A stretch of DNA of 64,000 bases. Source: Phoronis australis (lineage: Eukaryota; Animalia; Phoronida). The notes under the pieces are model-generated. The model saw nothing but the letters and a program-made list of their open reading frames with translations, ran no database searches and was not told the origin of the DNA. The position numbers and the translations under genes are program-made. Positions 1-13,874 of the stretch are shown here, in pieces. Numbering within the stretch: the first letter of the stretch is position 1; every line of letters starts with the position of its first letter. The stretch lies in assembly GCA_002633005.1 (NCBI GenBank), contig NMRA01000594.1:71976-135975 (forward strand), read 5' to 3'.

Positions 1-1389
1 GTCCAGTGATCACATACAAGTGGCCACCTTTTTGTTTTTTATTTACAAATTCTGAAGGGATCGCTCACGGAGAGAGAAATTCTCACAATCGTAAACAAAG
101 ATTTCAGCTTTTTTTTGTCAGGGGAGTTCAAGTTTACCTCGTGAACCGTTATAGGTACCTCTGAAATAAGCAAAAAAATACACCTTAATACGAATGCCCC
201 ATCTTTCATATTCCCCCTGTCTGCAAGCATGCATGAGGAAATTGCTTATTATAATATTCCGTCTTGATAAACAAATTCGTTGGTTTCTGTTTTACTTGTT
301 TATGTATCTAAGAAAATTGATAGATTCATAGATGATTTTTGATAACTAGAAGCTGATCTTGTAAGAATTGATGATGTTTCAGGGAATTTCATTGCAGCTT
401 GAAGTTGGAAAACTCTACAGTGAAGCAGAGGAAAGTGCAGCGCCACTGCCGGTCGCCTGGGATATCGCGGGAGAGCCTACATGTATACTTAGCCATAGTT
501 CCGTTGCGATTGAGACGTGTTCCAAATTTGACAGTTGAAATTGGATCTGAGCCCCCCCCCCCCAAACACACTAAAACTGCACATATTTCACTCTTGTTTN
601 CCTGTCCCCCTAAATCCGCTTATGCATGACTGACGTACCCACGTTAAAAATAAGATGTTACCAGTGGGAACTCATAAAACCTTGTCTACTGTTTAATCAA
701 GGACCATTTATAGATTCATTGATTCTATACGTCTTTCAACATAGATATTACACCAATCAACAAGTAGCTATTTACTGATGCCGAGCAGCGAAGCATATTA
801 TTTTATTGTTATGCAGCAGTCTTTTGAACGGTCATGTTCGATTGATTATTGTACGAAATTACATTTCATCAAGACGGGACTCCAAATGTTGTTTTTCATT
901 TTTCTGAAATATCCCATACTTAAAATGGTACAAAGACCGACATTTTTATTCACACTGCACTCATAGTCTGAAAATGTAATTATTAAATGCAAACTAATGT
1001 ATTCATAATGTTTAACAGAATTGTGTATAGGTAACGAAAATCGTTTGATAGGAACTAATTAATCCATTCGGGAACATGTAGGAATCGATCCTGTGTTCGA
1101 TTTTAGGTTCCCTTCGACAATAAGTTTTTGATTCAAGATTCGGAAAACACGCATAATCTAAACAATTAAGTGATCTGAAAACCTATCTGGTACTTGTTAT
1201 GGATCACCTGAACAGCACGTGTTTTCGACAGCCTCAGTTTTTAGGAAATAGGTTAACTTTCATAATCTAAAGATAGGGAATCACAAAAGAGAAGTTTTCT
1301 ATTAGACCGTGTCACTCAAGCACAGACAGCCGTATGATTCAATAATCTTGCCTTTGATAAACAGACATGAAACCGTTTTTCATTATGTT

Positions 1390-1563
1390 CAGTGGCAGTT
1401 AAGAGGAGGCCCAAGGGGTCAATGCCCGCCACCCCCAACCCTTAAATCATCCCACATTCCATTGGGCAATTTGGAGGTGCAAATGTCTAACGGGCAAAAT
1501 CCTGGCTAATACTCATCCCTGCCCCCCAACCCTCCGCAACTCAAAATCGTGGATCCGTCCTTG
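1390..1563. mobile_element. MITE, same family as 40892-41043
   Basis: Starts CAGTGGC, ends GGATCCGTCCTTG; internal sequence shared with 40892-41043 (cattccatt..gaggtgcaaatgtct..ggcaaaat.ctggct). Confidence 0.65.
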
Positions 1564-3359
1564 AATCCACCGTAAACAAGGTGTAGGCCTATATAGTCGA
1601 AAGAGGAACAAGGCACCATTTCTGAGAGAAACGGTAGATAACCTCCGAAGCACCGAAAACAGGACGGCGCCCCTTTCGTCCCAAGGACAGGAATGCCGAC
1701 GATGGACAGGAATAACGAACTATTTTTTTCATTTTGACGGATTAGAGTGCGACTACACCTGGCCTTGAAAGTTGGCACGCGAGATGCCACGCGCCCTGTT
1801 TGAACGAGACCGGTTGCGTGGAGCCACGGCAGAGCGCGCACTAATCTGCTTGTTCGCTGCAACAATGTCCTATGCAACAAAACTCAAAATTCAATTTTTT
1901 TACGTCAAGTCCTAAGCCTGACACAGAATAATTACAATAAAGACGGAGGCAAAATCAGTGACAATTGAACCACAATGAAATGCCCAAAGTTCAACAGAGA
2001 ATTACAGTTGTTCAGAGCTTTTTGTCCGATTTCCTTAAGTGAATGTTTTTTGTTCGCTTTTGTTTCGGCAAAAATCTGCGAGGCCAAGAGTCGCCGACCT
2101 CTACAGTATTTTGTACCAGGTGATGGCAGTTAATTCTTAAGGAATCTCACTAAGTGACGCAATAACATAATGAAATATTTCCAAAGCGCAAAGATACCTC
2201 TATTGCCAACAGGTCGTGGGTCGAGGGTGTCGTGGGTCGTGGGGTGTGAAGGTCGAGGGTATTTTAGAACAATCCCGGTATGCCATTGAAAATTTGAGCT
2301 AGATTAAATGTTCGAGGTAATAGCTAAAAGAAAAAAACTGAGAGAGGTTTTATAGCGCTAATTATTCTTAATCAACGGGGTGAAGGTGCCCTAAGCGGGT
2401 GGTGCAACTTAGGCACAGATTATACTGGCGACAAACATAGAGAGCATCCCTGCAAGACGCCGAGGTCGAGATCTTACTCGTGATTTACATGTAACAACAG
2501 TTGTATAATTCCATCCATCTTTGTGCAACACTACCGCATGTCCTAAGCATGGTAAAGTGAAAGAAACAAGAAAACAACACACAGACAGTGCAGCATAATA
2601 ATGAACATTTAAACACTCAAGTAATTCAGATAAATAATGAACTTCAAAACACCAATGACAGCATTACACAAAAGTTTCAATGTAAAATATACATTATATA
2701 CAATGCAGAGATCGATGTACATTGAATAGAGAAATTGTATCGTCAACTTACATGCCATGCATGTGAGTTTGTTAGGGAAAGGCCTCAGCTCAAAACTGTG
2801 GACTTTTGGGTAACAAAAGTGATACTTGCTTCAAACTTAAATCTTAATCATATTGTAATTCTAGATGGACGGTCATAGTTTGTCAGAAAATCCTCCATAT
2901 GACAATCATGATGAATTCTAATATGGTTGCCTTTACAATAGCAAATGCGCCAGATGAACTAGACAAAGAGTTGTAAGTTTAACGAGTTTAATTCGTAGCC
3001 GACAACAAAACGAGGTGGAACCGGAAGAGCTCTCACCAAACACAGTCGTACGAATAACAATGCAATGGCGATGCTTATATCTCCAAGATTCTTGGATACC
3101 TAGAGACATCGTGGTTTAGATAAACCTCTCATTTTTTGTACCCGCTGATTCCAGTTACAGATCAGTGCTTTTGGTTACCTTTTATTCGTATAAAAGTAAG
3201 TTCTCTTACAGTGTATCTCGATTTCTGGGACACCAAATTATGACTATTCTTGTGTTTAGCAATCACTGGTTCTTTAATTGCTTCTCTAGGGAAAAATTCA
3301 GTGGAGCTACATGTAGGATGATATACCTCATAATGTGTCTAAACTTCAATATATCACAG

Positions 3360-3800
3360 TTTTATCTACGCTACACGTCTTTTCAACATACGTTGCGTTT
3401 GGTTTTATTCGTGAATCCTGAGCTTCCTGGAGATGGCTACCCGCTTTCCTGGAAGTCCTGGCAAGATGGCCGACTTACTTTCGGTATTACTTCAATCTAC
3501 ATCGAAAGGGTATGTCCCGAAATTTTCACATTCAGTCATACAGTTCTGGTACCTATGATTGACTGATACAAGCTACAATAGGGCATGCCCGTTCTTTAAT
3601 TTGCGTGAACACGCAGCGTAAGTCAATCCACATACCTGCAGTGACTGTGGATGTCCTGACCACTCCTTCACGCGGTCTGATCCAGTAGGTAAACCTAGTG
3701 TTTACCAAGACATCATATCAACCAAAAATCAATGTCATGAGAGCGCCTTTTAACCTTTTGTTCTGAAGATTTTTTGTATGGCTGTTGTTATTGGCTGAAA
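3360..3800 (-). repeat. Decayed copy 1 (internally deleted) of an unidentified protein-coding repeat
   Basis: Homologous to both ends of 4730-5720 (WIDLRCVF, RPSC, SGFTN...KDV*). Confidence 0.7.
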
Positions 3801-3984
3801 GACCTCAGCGCCCCATAATGCAACATTTATCGGATATGAAAACATCTCTTCACGCTATATCACGTTAGGGAAAAAGTGCAGAAAAATGCACCAAAACAAA
3901 TCTAAGTTCGACACTGCGGCTGTAATTCCGTGTTGTGACCACGAAGATAGATACAAGTATAGAACATACGACAAAGAAGAGTGA

Positions 3985-4520
3985 CACAATTACCTTAGTG
4001 GTAAGGTACTATCCCCAGCTAGTTTCAATTATCTACTTTTGCCAAAAAGCTTCATCTTTTGCTTACTCGTGACCCCATTTTGACCTCAGTTATATACTCA
4101 AACCACCCCTTCTCAGAGAGTCCCCCAATGTCACCGAGGTGATCGATCACAAACAGTTACAAGCTGTATGTCAACGATAGCAATTACACCTTTGGGACAT
4201 TTCCATGCGGGGTACCTCCACCGTCATAGAAATTCTAAGCAAATTCCCGGAGACGGTGCTGAGTTCACAGATCCAAGCGGCACCTTATCAAGTTTGTCAA
4301 CTATTTTGACGTCCAATGTTCTGATGGTTGATTGTAAAGTTGGTTAAATGCTCCCCAGAATGGTATATAGGCAACACTGAAGTGTCTCTCCACATCCCAA
4401 GGAATGCGGACACGCAAAACCATTACTACACCTGGTCCTTGATAATTTCAATCAAACCATGGTGTTGAGGTAATTGTTCCCTGTGAAATCCGAATACAAT
4501 GGCCTAAACAGGGATAGGGT
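3985..4520 (+). mobile_element. Penelope-like retroelement 3' remnant (GIY-YIG endonuclease)
   Basis: Frameshifted pieces ITLVVRYYPQL, RDPIL..KPPL..PNV, GTFPCG, KCSPEWYIGNTEVSLH and NGLNRD, in the order typical of Penelope C-termini. Confidence 0.7.
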
Positions 4521-4729
4521 ATATGTGGCGCCTGATTCCTTTTATCGAATACGCATGTGATCTCCTCATTTTTTAAATTCACATAGAGTGTCATTTGGCA
4601 GGCATTTCCATCATATGACTTAGGTGAAGCGGTCGTTCGGGGTCTGTGGTCGCGTTAGCTCGTCGTTGCAGTGCATTAACCCGTTACAAAATAAATGAAC
4701 AGTGAAGTAAATTAGTCAACGCCCTTTAC

Positions 4730-5720
4730 TTTACATGTCTTTACAACATTCATCGTTTGTTACATTTGGTTTTAAATAGTGCACATTTGTGAACCCTGAA
4801 TTTGACCGGAGATGTTGCCCGAATTTGCGAGAAGCATTGCGGCGTTTTCCCGTTGCTTCCAACTTGCTCGATTGTATAGTCCAACAAAAAGTTGGGAAGA
4901 TCACCCCTGGAGCCAATTTCTGATTAACTCCGTTCTGGCATTTATGTTTGCTGGGCCGGCTCTCTTTTGTTCGATAATTGATCAATCTCCGATCAGAGCG
5001 TATCTAGCCTGACTGGGCTGTGCTGCTAAAAATGAAAGTTATGTTATAACGTATCTGAACATAAAACAATAGCGTTTCTGAATTCCTTGTCAAATGCTGA
5101 TCATGTTTTGTTTTTGAATCACTAAAATTGCCCAACAGCAACAGAAGTTAAGACAATTTTTTTCTGCCATATTTCAGTAACCCTTTGAAGCATGAGAGAT
5201 AATTGGCCTGCATGTTGTCTTACGGGACAGTTATGGAGTTCTGGGCAGTTAACAAAGGGGCCAGATGGTATCGCACGTTCAGAACCCCTCACGTGTGGAA
5301 AAGTTGCTGAACGACAGAACGCCGTCATGGCATGGCAAGATGGTCGCCTTACTGTTTGTATTACTTGCATGTACAACACACATGAACGTTCCAAAATTTC
5401 CAAACTCATTCAATCAATTGTATTGTCTGCGATCGACTTATACCACCCAGAATCTACCACGTCAGGTGTTTTCATGAACACACAACGTAAGTCAAACCAC
5501 TTACCTCAAGTGACTGAAACACAATTAATCGAACAGCTCCTTCAAGAGGTGTAGTGATCCAATGCGTAGATGTACAGTACTGATAAAAGTTCAAGTTCAC
5601 CTAGGCTAGGCACCATGAACTACCAGCCATGGCACAGTGAGGGCTTTGAATCTATTGGTCTAGAGGTAAAGGAGATTTTTGGCAATGATGTGGAGATTAG
5701 AAGAACGCGTCAGCCCTTTT
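4730..5720 (-). repeat. Decayed copy 2 of the unidentified protein-coding repeat
   Basis: Aligns with 3360-3800 and 53500-54080; several differences are synonymous in the minus-strand frame. Confidence 0.75.
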
Positions 5721-5964
5721 ACTTCAAACATTGAAGCAATGGCGGATCTAGGATATCACAAGGGGGGCCAACACTTTGTCTGAAAATATTTGTGCAAAGC
5801 ACGATTAGATGCGCATAGCACCGAATGGGGTGAGGTCAGACCCCCTCCCGCCCAGGAAAATTTGTCTGTTTTTTCCTCTAAAAATCAATCAGTTACCTTG
5901 TTTCCTGAAGTATTATCCAAGAAAAAAGGCAACAAAACGGCACGTGTCAAACATGAAAAACGGC

Positions 5965-6030
5965 AATGATCACAGACTCGAACTCACGACCTGGCTGACA
6001 GAGCGCACATGATTTACCACTAAACCACCA
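5965..6030 (-). mobile_element. tRNA-derived SINE head / tRNA-like pseudogene
   Basis: Minus strand shows an A box (TGGTTTAGTGG) and a B box (GTTCGAGTC) at tRNA spacing; no complete cloverleaf. Confidence 0.45.
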
Positions 6031-7573
6031 TGACTTCACTCATATTCTTGATAATAAGAGACCTACACTTGTTTATGGTCCACAGCGTTTGCACGCGAAA
6101 CCTACTTCTTTTTGTAATGCTTATTACACTTTTTATATTTGTGCAATCAGTTCGTAACAAATTTGTTGTATTTAAAATAGTCTTCAAGTGCCCAAAAGAC
6201 CAAATCCGTTGTTTGTGTTGGCATTAATGACGGGATTGCTTTGGAAATCGTCTTAAGTTAAGTTTTGACAAAGAGAGAATTATGTGTTTCTGAATGATTC
6301 ACTAAGGCTTCGATTAAAATTCACATCTTACCAGCAGCTTCTGTTTTTTCATCGTCACTCGGATTCCATTTTCTTTTAAAAAATGAAGTAATTTTCTGTT
6401 TTGCACAGTGAAGCAGACGACAGAAACGGAGTCGTAGTGCGCAGCGCCATTGCCGGTCGCCTGGGATATCGAATCCTCTCGGGTCAGAAGTATGGGTTAC
6501 GTGGTTTGACCAACGTATTGCGTGTACAAAGTGTAGTTATTCTAAATTTTCTGCATGCCCATATGTGCTTGATGCCTAAGCGCAGGGAATTGTGTTGCTG
6601 TCTTTGATTGACCATCGAGTACTGAGAAAAAGTACCTATCAACCGATTTCCTTCTAAAACCGAGTCCCAAAATGAAAATTGAAAAGACACGACTATCTCG
6701 GCGATAGACAATAAAATAAATGTGTAAAATTTCCTGCGAATTGTTCTTTGAGGAACCTGTGTACAAAAGGGCCCAAAGTGTCTGAATTCAGGTGAAGATT
6801 GCAATCAAAAACAACAATCAAGGTGGTGAGACTGTCTCGGCCGTGAGCCGAGCTGGTTTACCTAGAGCCGCTACTTAGCTGAAAAATGAAGCTGAAATCT
6901 ATTACAATTGTTTGAAGTAATATGCGCATTTAGCACATAAGTACTACTTTTACAGAAGTGCTATAAGCACGGGAATGCATAACAAATAATTTGTCTAAAA
7001 TGAGCAATGCATTTTAGTATCAACTCAGTGTGAAAAATCTCATAGGCCATGGCCCCAGCCTCCTTACCACGCACGTCCGTGACTACTTCAGGAACAACGG
7101 AAACTTTGGATAAAATCATTCCCTATAAGTTCAAAAGTCTTTTTCAGCAAAGTTCCTAGTAATAAATTTGCACGTTTAGTAAGAATCTTAGATTAAAGTT
7201 GGAAAAACAAGCCTCAAATAGTTTGCTAGCCACTAGGCGCCGGTGCAGTGTGATCATAACGTGCCAATGAAACGTCAGAAAAGCATTGTAACCGTGCCAT
7301 TTCTAAGATTTTTGCTTCCAGAAGTATTTTGTGCTTTGCACAGAAAACATGACTTTTGTGCCAACTGTGACATTGCTGAGAAGATGAATTATTGTACGAG
7401 TGCATGAATTATTGATAAACTATAGGCTTCCCGTTGTCAAAGTCTCGTTTAGGATTCTGCTCACAATTTTGAGCTTCTGGATTTTTCGGACATAACGTGA
7501 CTGCCTGACTCCTGACCTGAGTCAACAATTTTAAAGCTACTGACTTTGGGATATTTCAAAAAATCTGCAGAAT

Positions 7574-10500
7574 GGGGCTATTCGGAGAATTCTCCTCGCG
7601 GTGTCGCTGCTGTACTAGTGGTGATTGAATTGCGCATGCGTGGCTGTCTGCATGTAAACAACTGGTAAAGGATGGAATTGTTATCAAAATAAGTCGTCGC
7701 GCTAAGCCTTATTACTGCTAATATCCTTTGTGCAAGTCTTCGACAGGTGGTCACAAATTCCCAAAAGACCTTAAGTTACTATATTCGTGGACAATTGCGG
7801 TCAAAACGGTTAACTAACTGACAAAAAGTGTGTGGATGCTGCAGCTCCGTGTGTGCTCTATGACTATGCAGTTCCATTCGGAGACTACACAGCTTTACTT
7901 GGTAAGTTTTTAGCAATCAGTTTCTATCAACACCGTTCGGTGATGTTATCCCCACCAGTTACCTCAATGAATAACAGGTTTATTGAGTGGAACTAAGTGT
8001 TTCTTTTAGGAAACTCACCCGATGCCGTGTAGGCTAGCAGCACATATTGATATTTTCCTGGGTCGGGGGAGTGCTCCCAAAATAAGAGGTGTATGGTAGG
8101 TGATGCACAGAAGTCAATGGTTACTTTTTCGCAGCAGTTTCTCTTCAGAATTATGCTGTTTCCAATAAAATTCTTTGGAGGAGTAAGTTTCCTTATTTTA
8201 TCGCGGACCCCTCCCCGAGAACAACCAGATCAGCTAACTAATTAACATGAATAAGCCTTGATTCAGTAAATGTCGTAACATTGCACTGGATAATATTTAC
8301 GCCTAGAATGAATTTTACTTCTTGAGATCAGAAGCACATATTAAATGTCATGAAAAGTACACGTTCTTAAATCACTCTTAGCCTATTTCTCATATTTCAA
8401 TCCAGATATTAAATAAGACTTGGGTACAAAGGTTATTAGTTTCTACACATAAACATGAAGATGAAACGTCAAGTATGTTCTGCCTTACAATAGTAGTTTT
8501 GTCTTGTCTTTTCTTTTACAATTTGCTAATATTTATCTGACTATTCTGTTACAGGTGAGAGAAAACAACTGAAAACAACTGCCCGACCATCTATTTTACC
8601 TTTGGACAAAGTGAAAAGCAATCCGTCAGCAATAACCTGAGAGAATTGAACATAATTCAGAGATTCAGCACTTGATATTCCTGATTATGGACTTCGTCGC
8701 AATGTTGTTTATTTCTGTGCTTTTTCAGTTTTCCATTTGTTTTTAAATACACTGATAAATGTTTATTGCCGAAGCTTGTGCATAGCAGATTCTTATCCAG
8801 CTATCTCACAACTGAAAACATACAATAAGACAATCGATGCAGACACTGAATGTCATTTCCCCATAATGTGTGCCAAATTGTTTACCAATAGTATAAAGCC
8901 TTTCTTCTGAAAGGAAAATTTAATATCACTCAGGTTTTGGCTTTCATTTAACTGGGATCTAGTTTCAATGGCCTATAGAATCGCTTGTAAAAAAGGTCCA
9001 GTTTCGACACGTGGCTTTCTTTCATGTAACCTTATTCAGCCTCAATAACATCCACAATTAGACCCTTGAAAGTAAACACATCAGCATACCACTTGAATCG
9101 TTTTGAGCCCAAAATCAGACCCTGAACCAGACCAGAGTGTCACTAGGTCTTATTTAGCTTCAGTCCCTCATGTTTCTTCCAGGAAAGGGAGTAAGCTATT
9201 GTCCACACATGACTCATTGCCTATGAAAGAGCATCCTCACCAACAAGGCTTGTATAGCAGTCAGATATAGTTCGTCTGAATACACAGAAAGTCCAATGGC
9301 ACACTGTCTTATGGTAACTTAGTACAGCGATTCACATTTCTCCAGGGCCACTGATTTGTACATTGTGCCATGCAACACTGCTGGTGTGTGGAAGTGCTGT
9401 GGGAAGAGAACGGAGTAACAAAGCTTGTCTATGATACTGCTTGAAATGGCCTTATAATGTCACTGAACCTGGAACAATAATTGAAATATGAACAATTAAG
9501 TACTCCAGGTTGGGTCAATAATGTTATCCCTGTTTTTCAAAAATATGATGACTGCTCTACAGTTTCATATAAAATTAAATAATTACTATTTTCAGAAACC
9601 AAAGGTGAATATAATAAGTATTGCAAAAAACTGTGTCTTTATTTATTTTTCCTAGCCATAACAATTTTTAAACGCATCACTTGTCTGCAAAATATACAAT
9701 TTTTTGAGACAACTTCAAACCTCTGTTACCCATTTTCAAGCCTTTTTAATTTTAAAACCGATTACAGGTTCATGGGTCTGTCAAGCATACTTCTAGTCTA
9801 AGGTTGAGTAAACCGACTTGGGACATTTAAAAATGATGGATAAGCTTTCTGTTGTTTAAAAGTAATTACAATTCGTAAGGCACCATCAAAAATGCAATTT
9901 TCACAAAAATGGCAGTCATTTGACTTCCTAACGACTTGCAACATTTCAAGACATGAGTTATGACTATTTAGTCTTTGTGAATATAGAAATTGTAATATAT
10001 TTTCATGGGTTTACAATTGATACAAGTAGCAAAACAGTTTCATGAAATCAACTTGAAGGGACTTCCTGAAGGTCAATAATTACCTCACCAGGCTATTTTC
10101 ATCAAATATGTATTACCTGTTATTTCTGCACATTCATTTGTACCAAATATTATAACCCCAACCCCCCATGCCTATCCCCCGCTAAGGACACAATGACTTA
10201 CATACTTTTCTTTATAATAACTGTTCCTTTTCAAAGGCTTTGTTCGTTGTCTCTAATATAGAAAGTAGGCTTTGACTACCGATCTGCACTGGATGGGAAG
10301 ATATTGTTGGTTAGCTGCAGTCAAATGCTAAAAAACATTTTTTGTCCATTCAGTGACGGTGCAGAAAAGATGCATATCTCCTGTGCACGGTACAAGCCAT
10401 CAAACCTAAAAACCAAAGGTAACGTTAAAACAGACGTGATATATTTCATATTCAACGTGTAATAGATTTCCAGAAGACGTATGATAGGGAGTAAACAAAT

Positions 10501-11014
10501 AGTCTAATGCAATGGATATTTGTCAAATACCTTTTGCCATTGTGCTTGGATTGTAATCTTAACCCTGTATCGAGTTCACAGCATAAACATTCGGCATTGA
10601 TTGGTGTAAGTGTCACTGATAAACTGTCAGAAATCATTCCAAATAATAACAATGCTTTGATGTACGAAAAGATCCCGATTTCTACGCCAATTATCGTATC
10701 ACTTATCACAACAAACAAAGATTAACCTGACTGACGACCGCTGCGAAGTCGACATCAGCAAATACCTCAGTTAACAGGCATCAATAGATTAATCATGGAA
10801 TAATCGTTAAAATAATTACAAACCTTACCTTTTTATAAGGTCGTGCTAACTTCCTGTCATAGAAGCACCCTTTTCACGCAATCTCAGATTCAGTTGGCAC
10901 GTCTGCAAGCCATTTCACCATGTATTTAAAGGGCTCGCAAAATCGAGGCTGTTAATCTCATCACCACTAGTACACGCATGCCCTCTAGTTATTGTAGATT
11001 TTATGAATAGCCCC
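7574..11014. mobile_element. ISL2EU-type (PIF/Harbinger-related) DNA transposon, decayed non-autonomous derivative
   Basis: TIRs GGGGCTATTC/GAATAGCCCC, an internal inverted TGTACTAGTGGTGAT and an AT target duplication. THAP remnant on + (about 7690-7901 and 8555-8610: C.YPLC..HKFPKD..W..AVK..VCS; ARPSI). SAP/SWIM/YqaJ remnants on - (about 10920-8970: RGASMTG..DLIKR; INAECLC; TPAVLHG..VQG..KLDLFYKRFY). Confidence 0.85.
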
Positions 11015-11047
11015 ATTTGAGTACAAAGAAAGTCTCATTACTGAGAA

Positions 11048-11068
11048 GTGTGTGTGTGTGTGTGTGTG
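11048..11068. repeat. (GT)n microsatellite
   Basis: Direct inspection. Confidence 0.95.
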
Positions 11069-11479
11069 ACAAAATGGAACTAATCTATCACAGATAGTCA
11101 GTGTTACACAAATTAACTGCTGTCACGAAAATTCATAGACCTCTTAAACAAGAAAAAAGATCTAGGTGAGCAAGGAAACGTTGAGTAAAGGCTGAGCCTA
11201 GTACTAATACTACTAGTAAAAAACAAAGGAAATTGTCAGTTCCCTTTAACAGTGTTCAAAGAAAGAGTCATGTGCTACAGAAAATGATATGCTTGCCTTT
11301 TTCATTTTTTCATTTCAGCTTTTCTGTGTAACTCCTTGCTTTTTGTGTGTTTTTCCCTTTTTAGTTTTCGTTTCTTTAATGAAATTACGGTAAGTTTATG
11401 CAATTGCTGAATTCAATTACACTTAAATTTCAAGTCAATTGACTTCTTATCCAAACTACTTTCTGAACTTTCTAAACAT

Positions 11480-12700
11480 AACTGAATATTGGTCGTAAAC
11501 GGTTACTTCAATGCTCGAACCAATATCTGGTTTCCTGAAGACCACGATGATCAGGCGGGTATTGAACTATTGTAAGGACTACTTACTACTTGAAAAGGAC
11601 CACGTCGAACTGGTCTACCAGATTTTCCGCAACTTCCAAATCGTGCTTTGACTTGTGTATTACCAACATCATCAGATCTATTTTGTCCACGTTCGTTTTG
11701 CCCCCCCCCCCAAACGTCTCTCGGACCACCATGTTATAAACATTCGTCCATACTATCATGTTCACCTCAAAACGCACTCCCTCTTATAAAACGTGTTTGG
11801 AAATACAACAAATTCAATTGCACAATGACTTAATCAATCTGGTTTGGGATCCATATCTCAGTCGAAACAACATCGATACTGCAGCTTCGTGATTCAGTAA
11901 AGAACTCACATCAATCCCAGAGAAAAACATTTCATCCAAATTCAAAGTAGTTGCCACAAAAACAAACCATGGATTACAAACAAGATAAAGCGCGAACTTA
12001 GAAATCGCACTTAGTTATGCAAGTGCTACGAACAATCTGGCAACCCTCTTCATTTAAATCAATACAATGAACGAGTCTTAACACGTATAGTATAATAGTA
12101 TAATAGGAACTACAAAACATAATTGCAATACGGACTTACTCAAATCATTTAAGATGTTTCTAAAAACTCTAAGGAGTACTGGAAATTTGTAAACAAAACA
12201 AGTGGATACTCAGCCAATAAAAAGTTTCCTCATATTTCTTCTAAAGACCTTGTCAAACACACCGACACAACATCTTAAAATGCACACTATATATAGAATA
12301 TTTCACAATCAGAGGCCACATCAATCCAAATAATCGAGACGCAGTACCTCAACTATCAATTAAGTTGAATGAATAACTCACTGATCTACAAACTAATAAT
12401 GCAGAATTTAGAGAACTTATTGAAGTTATCGTCGTTAACAAATCAAGTAGATCAAAACTCATCAATAAAATGATAAAAATGATAGCTAAAGGATTATCTG
12501 TGCCTCTCACAAAACTAATAAAACTCTGTTGTCAGGTCATTATCCTTCCGATTGGAAGTTGGGAGTAATGGTACCATTTCATGAGAAGGACTGCAAGTCA
12601 GACGAGTCACATTATAGCCCCATCACATTCCTTAACTTATTCTTCAAGATTCTAGAAAAGGTTATATTTCATAAACTTCTTGGACATCACAATACTTCAG
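11480..12700 (+). mobile_element. Degenerate non-LTR retrotransposon (APE end + RT start; CR1/L2-like)
   Basis: Frameshifted pieces SCFDLCITN..SDHH, KRVWKY, KPWIT, YWKFVN and YPSDWKLGVMVPFHEK..HYSPITFL..KILEKVI. Confidence 0.8.
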
Positions 12701-13874
12701 TTACCTGATCATCTCGTGAATGACAGTAAAACATTATTCTTTATGCTCACATTCAAGCTGAAATCAGTGATGAAATCACATTTACCTCCTAATCATGATT
12801 GTTTGCCTTAACATGTCAAATGAGTAAACTAATAATGTGCGATTCATATTCGTGCCTTGCAAAAATAATGGGGTGGCTATTGGGACACGGTAAATCTGAA
12901 ATTTCACTAGATCAAAGTTATGAAAAACCTGAGCCGCAAATATAAATGGAAAAAGTTTCTGATGCAGAAATGTGCTCTTGTATACAGGTACGCAACTTTC
13001 CAAGTTGTGGAGACTGAGTGACAGGGTATCTCAAAAATGTTTTTCGTCGACGACGACGATGATGATGTTAATGAAGCCACTTTTACAAGTATGTGCTGTG
13101 TTGTTCAAGGTTTTAAAAGCTGTGACGTGGTGGAATATATTTACACAATTCTGTAGTTTTCATTGTGTGTTCAGATTGACCTTCAGACCTGTTTTCAGTC
13201 TCTCTTCCCGCACTGGTTGACAATGAAGGACAATGTGGATAATGAGAATTATGACAATATTATAATGAACGTGTCGATGGTGAAATCAGTGAAGAAGCAT
13301 TGGTAATGTAAAAGTTATCCATATTTTGTTTAAATGTCAAATCTCTCTCAACTCCAAATAGTAAAAAATATTGTTCATTTGATATGAGCTCGGTACATAA
13401 TAGTATGTTTTTCGGCCAACAGGAGGCGCTGCTAAAATGTTTATTTTTTGTGCAATTCAATGCAGATATTTATTTCTTGCATTTTTTTTCTTCTCAAGTA
13501 ATATTAAATTACAAAAACAATGTCAAATTATCATTTAAATTTTGCCTAGTGTTGTTGATTTTTAAATACTGATATTCTGTGCCAAATTGTGCAAACTTCA
13601 AGTTGGGAACCTTTTGTATTCTTCAAGTAGATTATTTAAGGACGATGAAGCCACCAGAATTACAAAGTCCCCCCAAAGGTAGCCAAATAGGTGATTTTCT
13701 TGGTCTCCTAGAGTTCAATGGACTATGGTCTATTATACCCCGCCAAATTTTATTCGAAGTCCAATGGGAAATGAACACTAAAGAGTTTTTTAATGATACG
13801 TTTTAGACCATAAAACGTGTCATAAGATTGTACGTGTACGTATGGTTCGATACTTATAGATTATCATATGGCGA

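Noticed and set aside
5192-5554. 120-aa plus-strand ORF with a piggyBac-like 'WQD' motif
   Set aside because: It shares wobble positions with the minus-strand frame; the plus frame has stops conserved between copies upstream, so it is a shadow ORF
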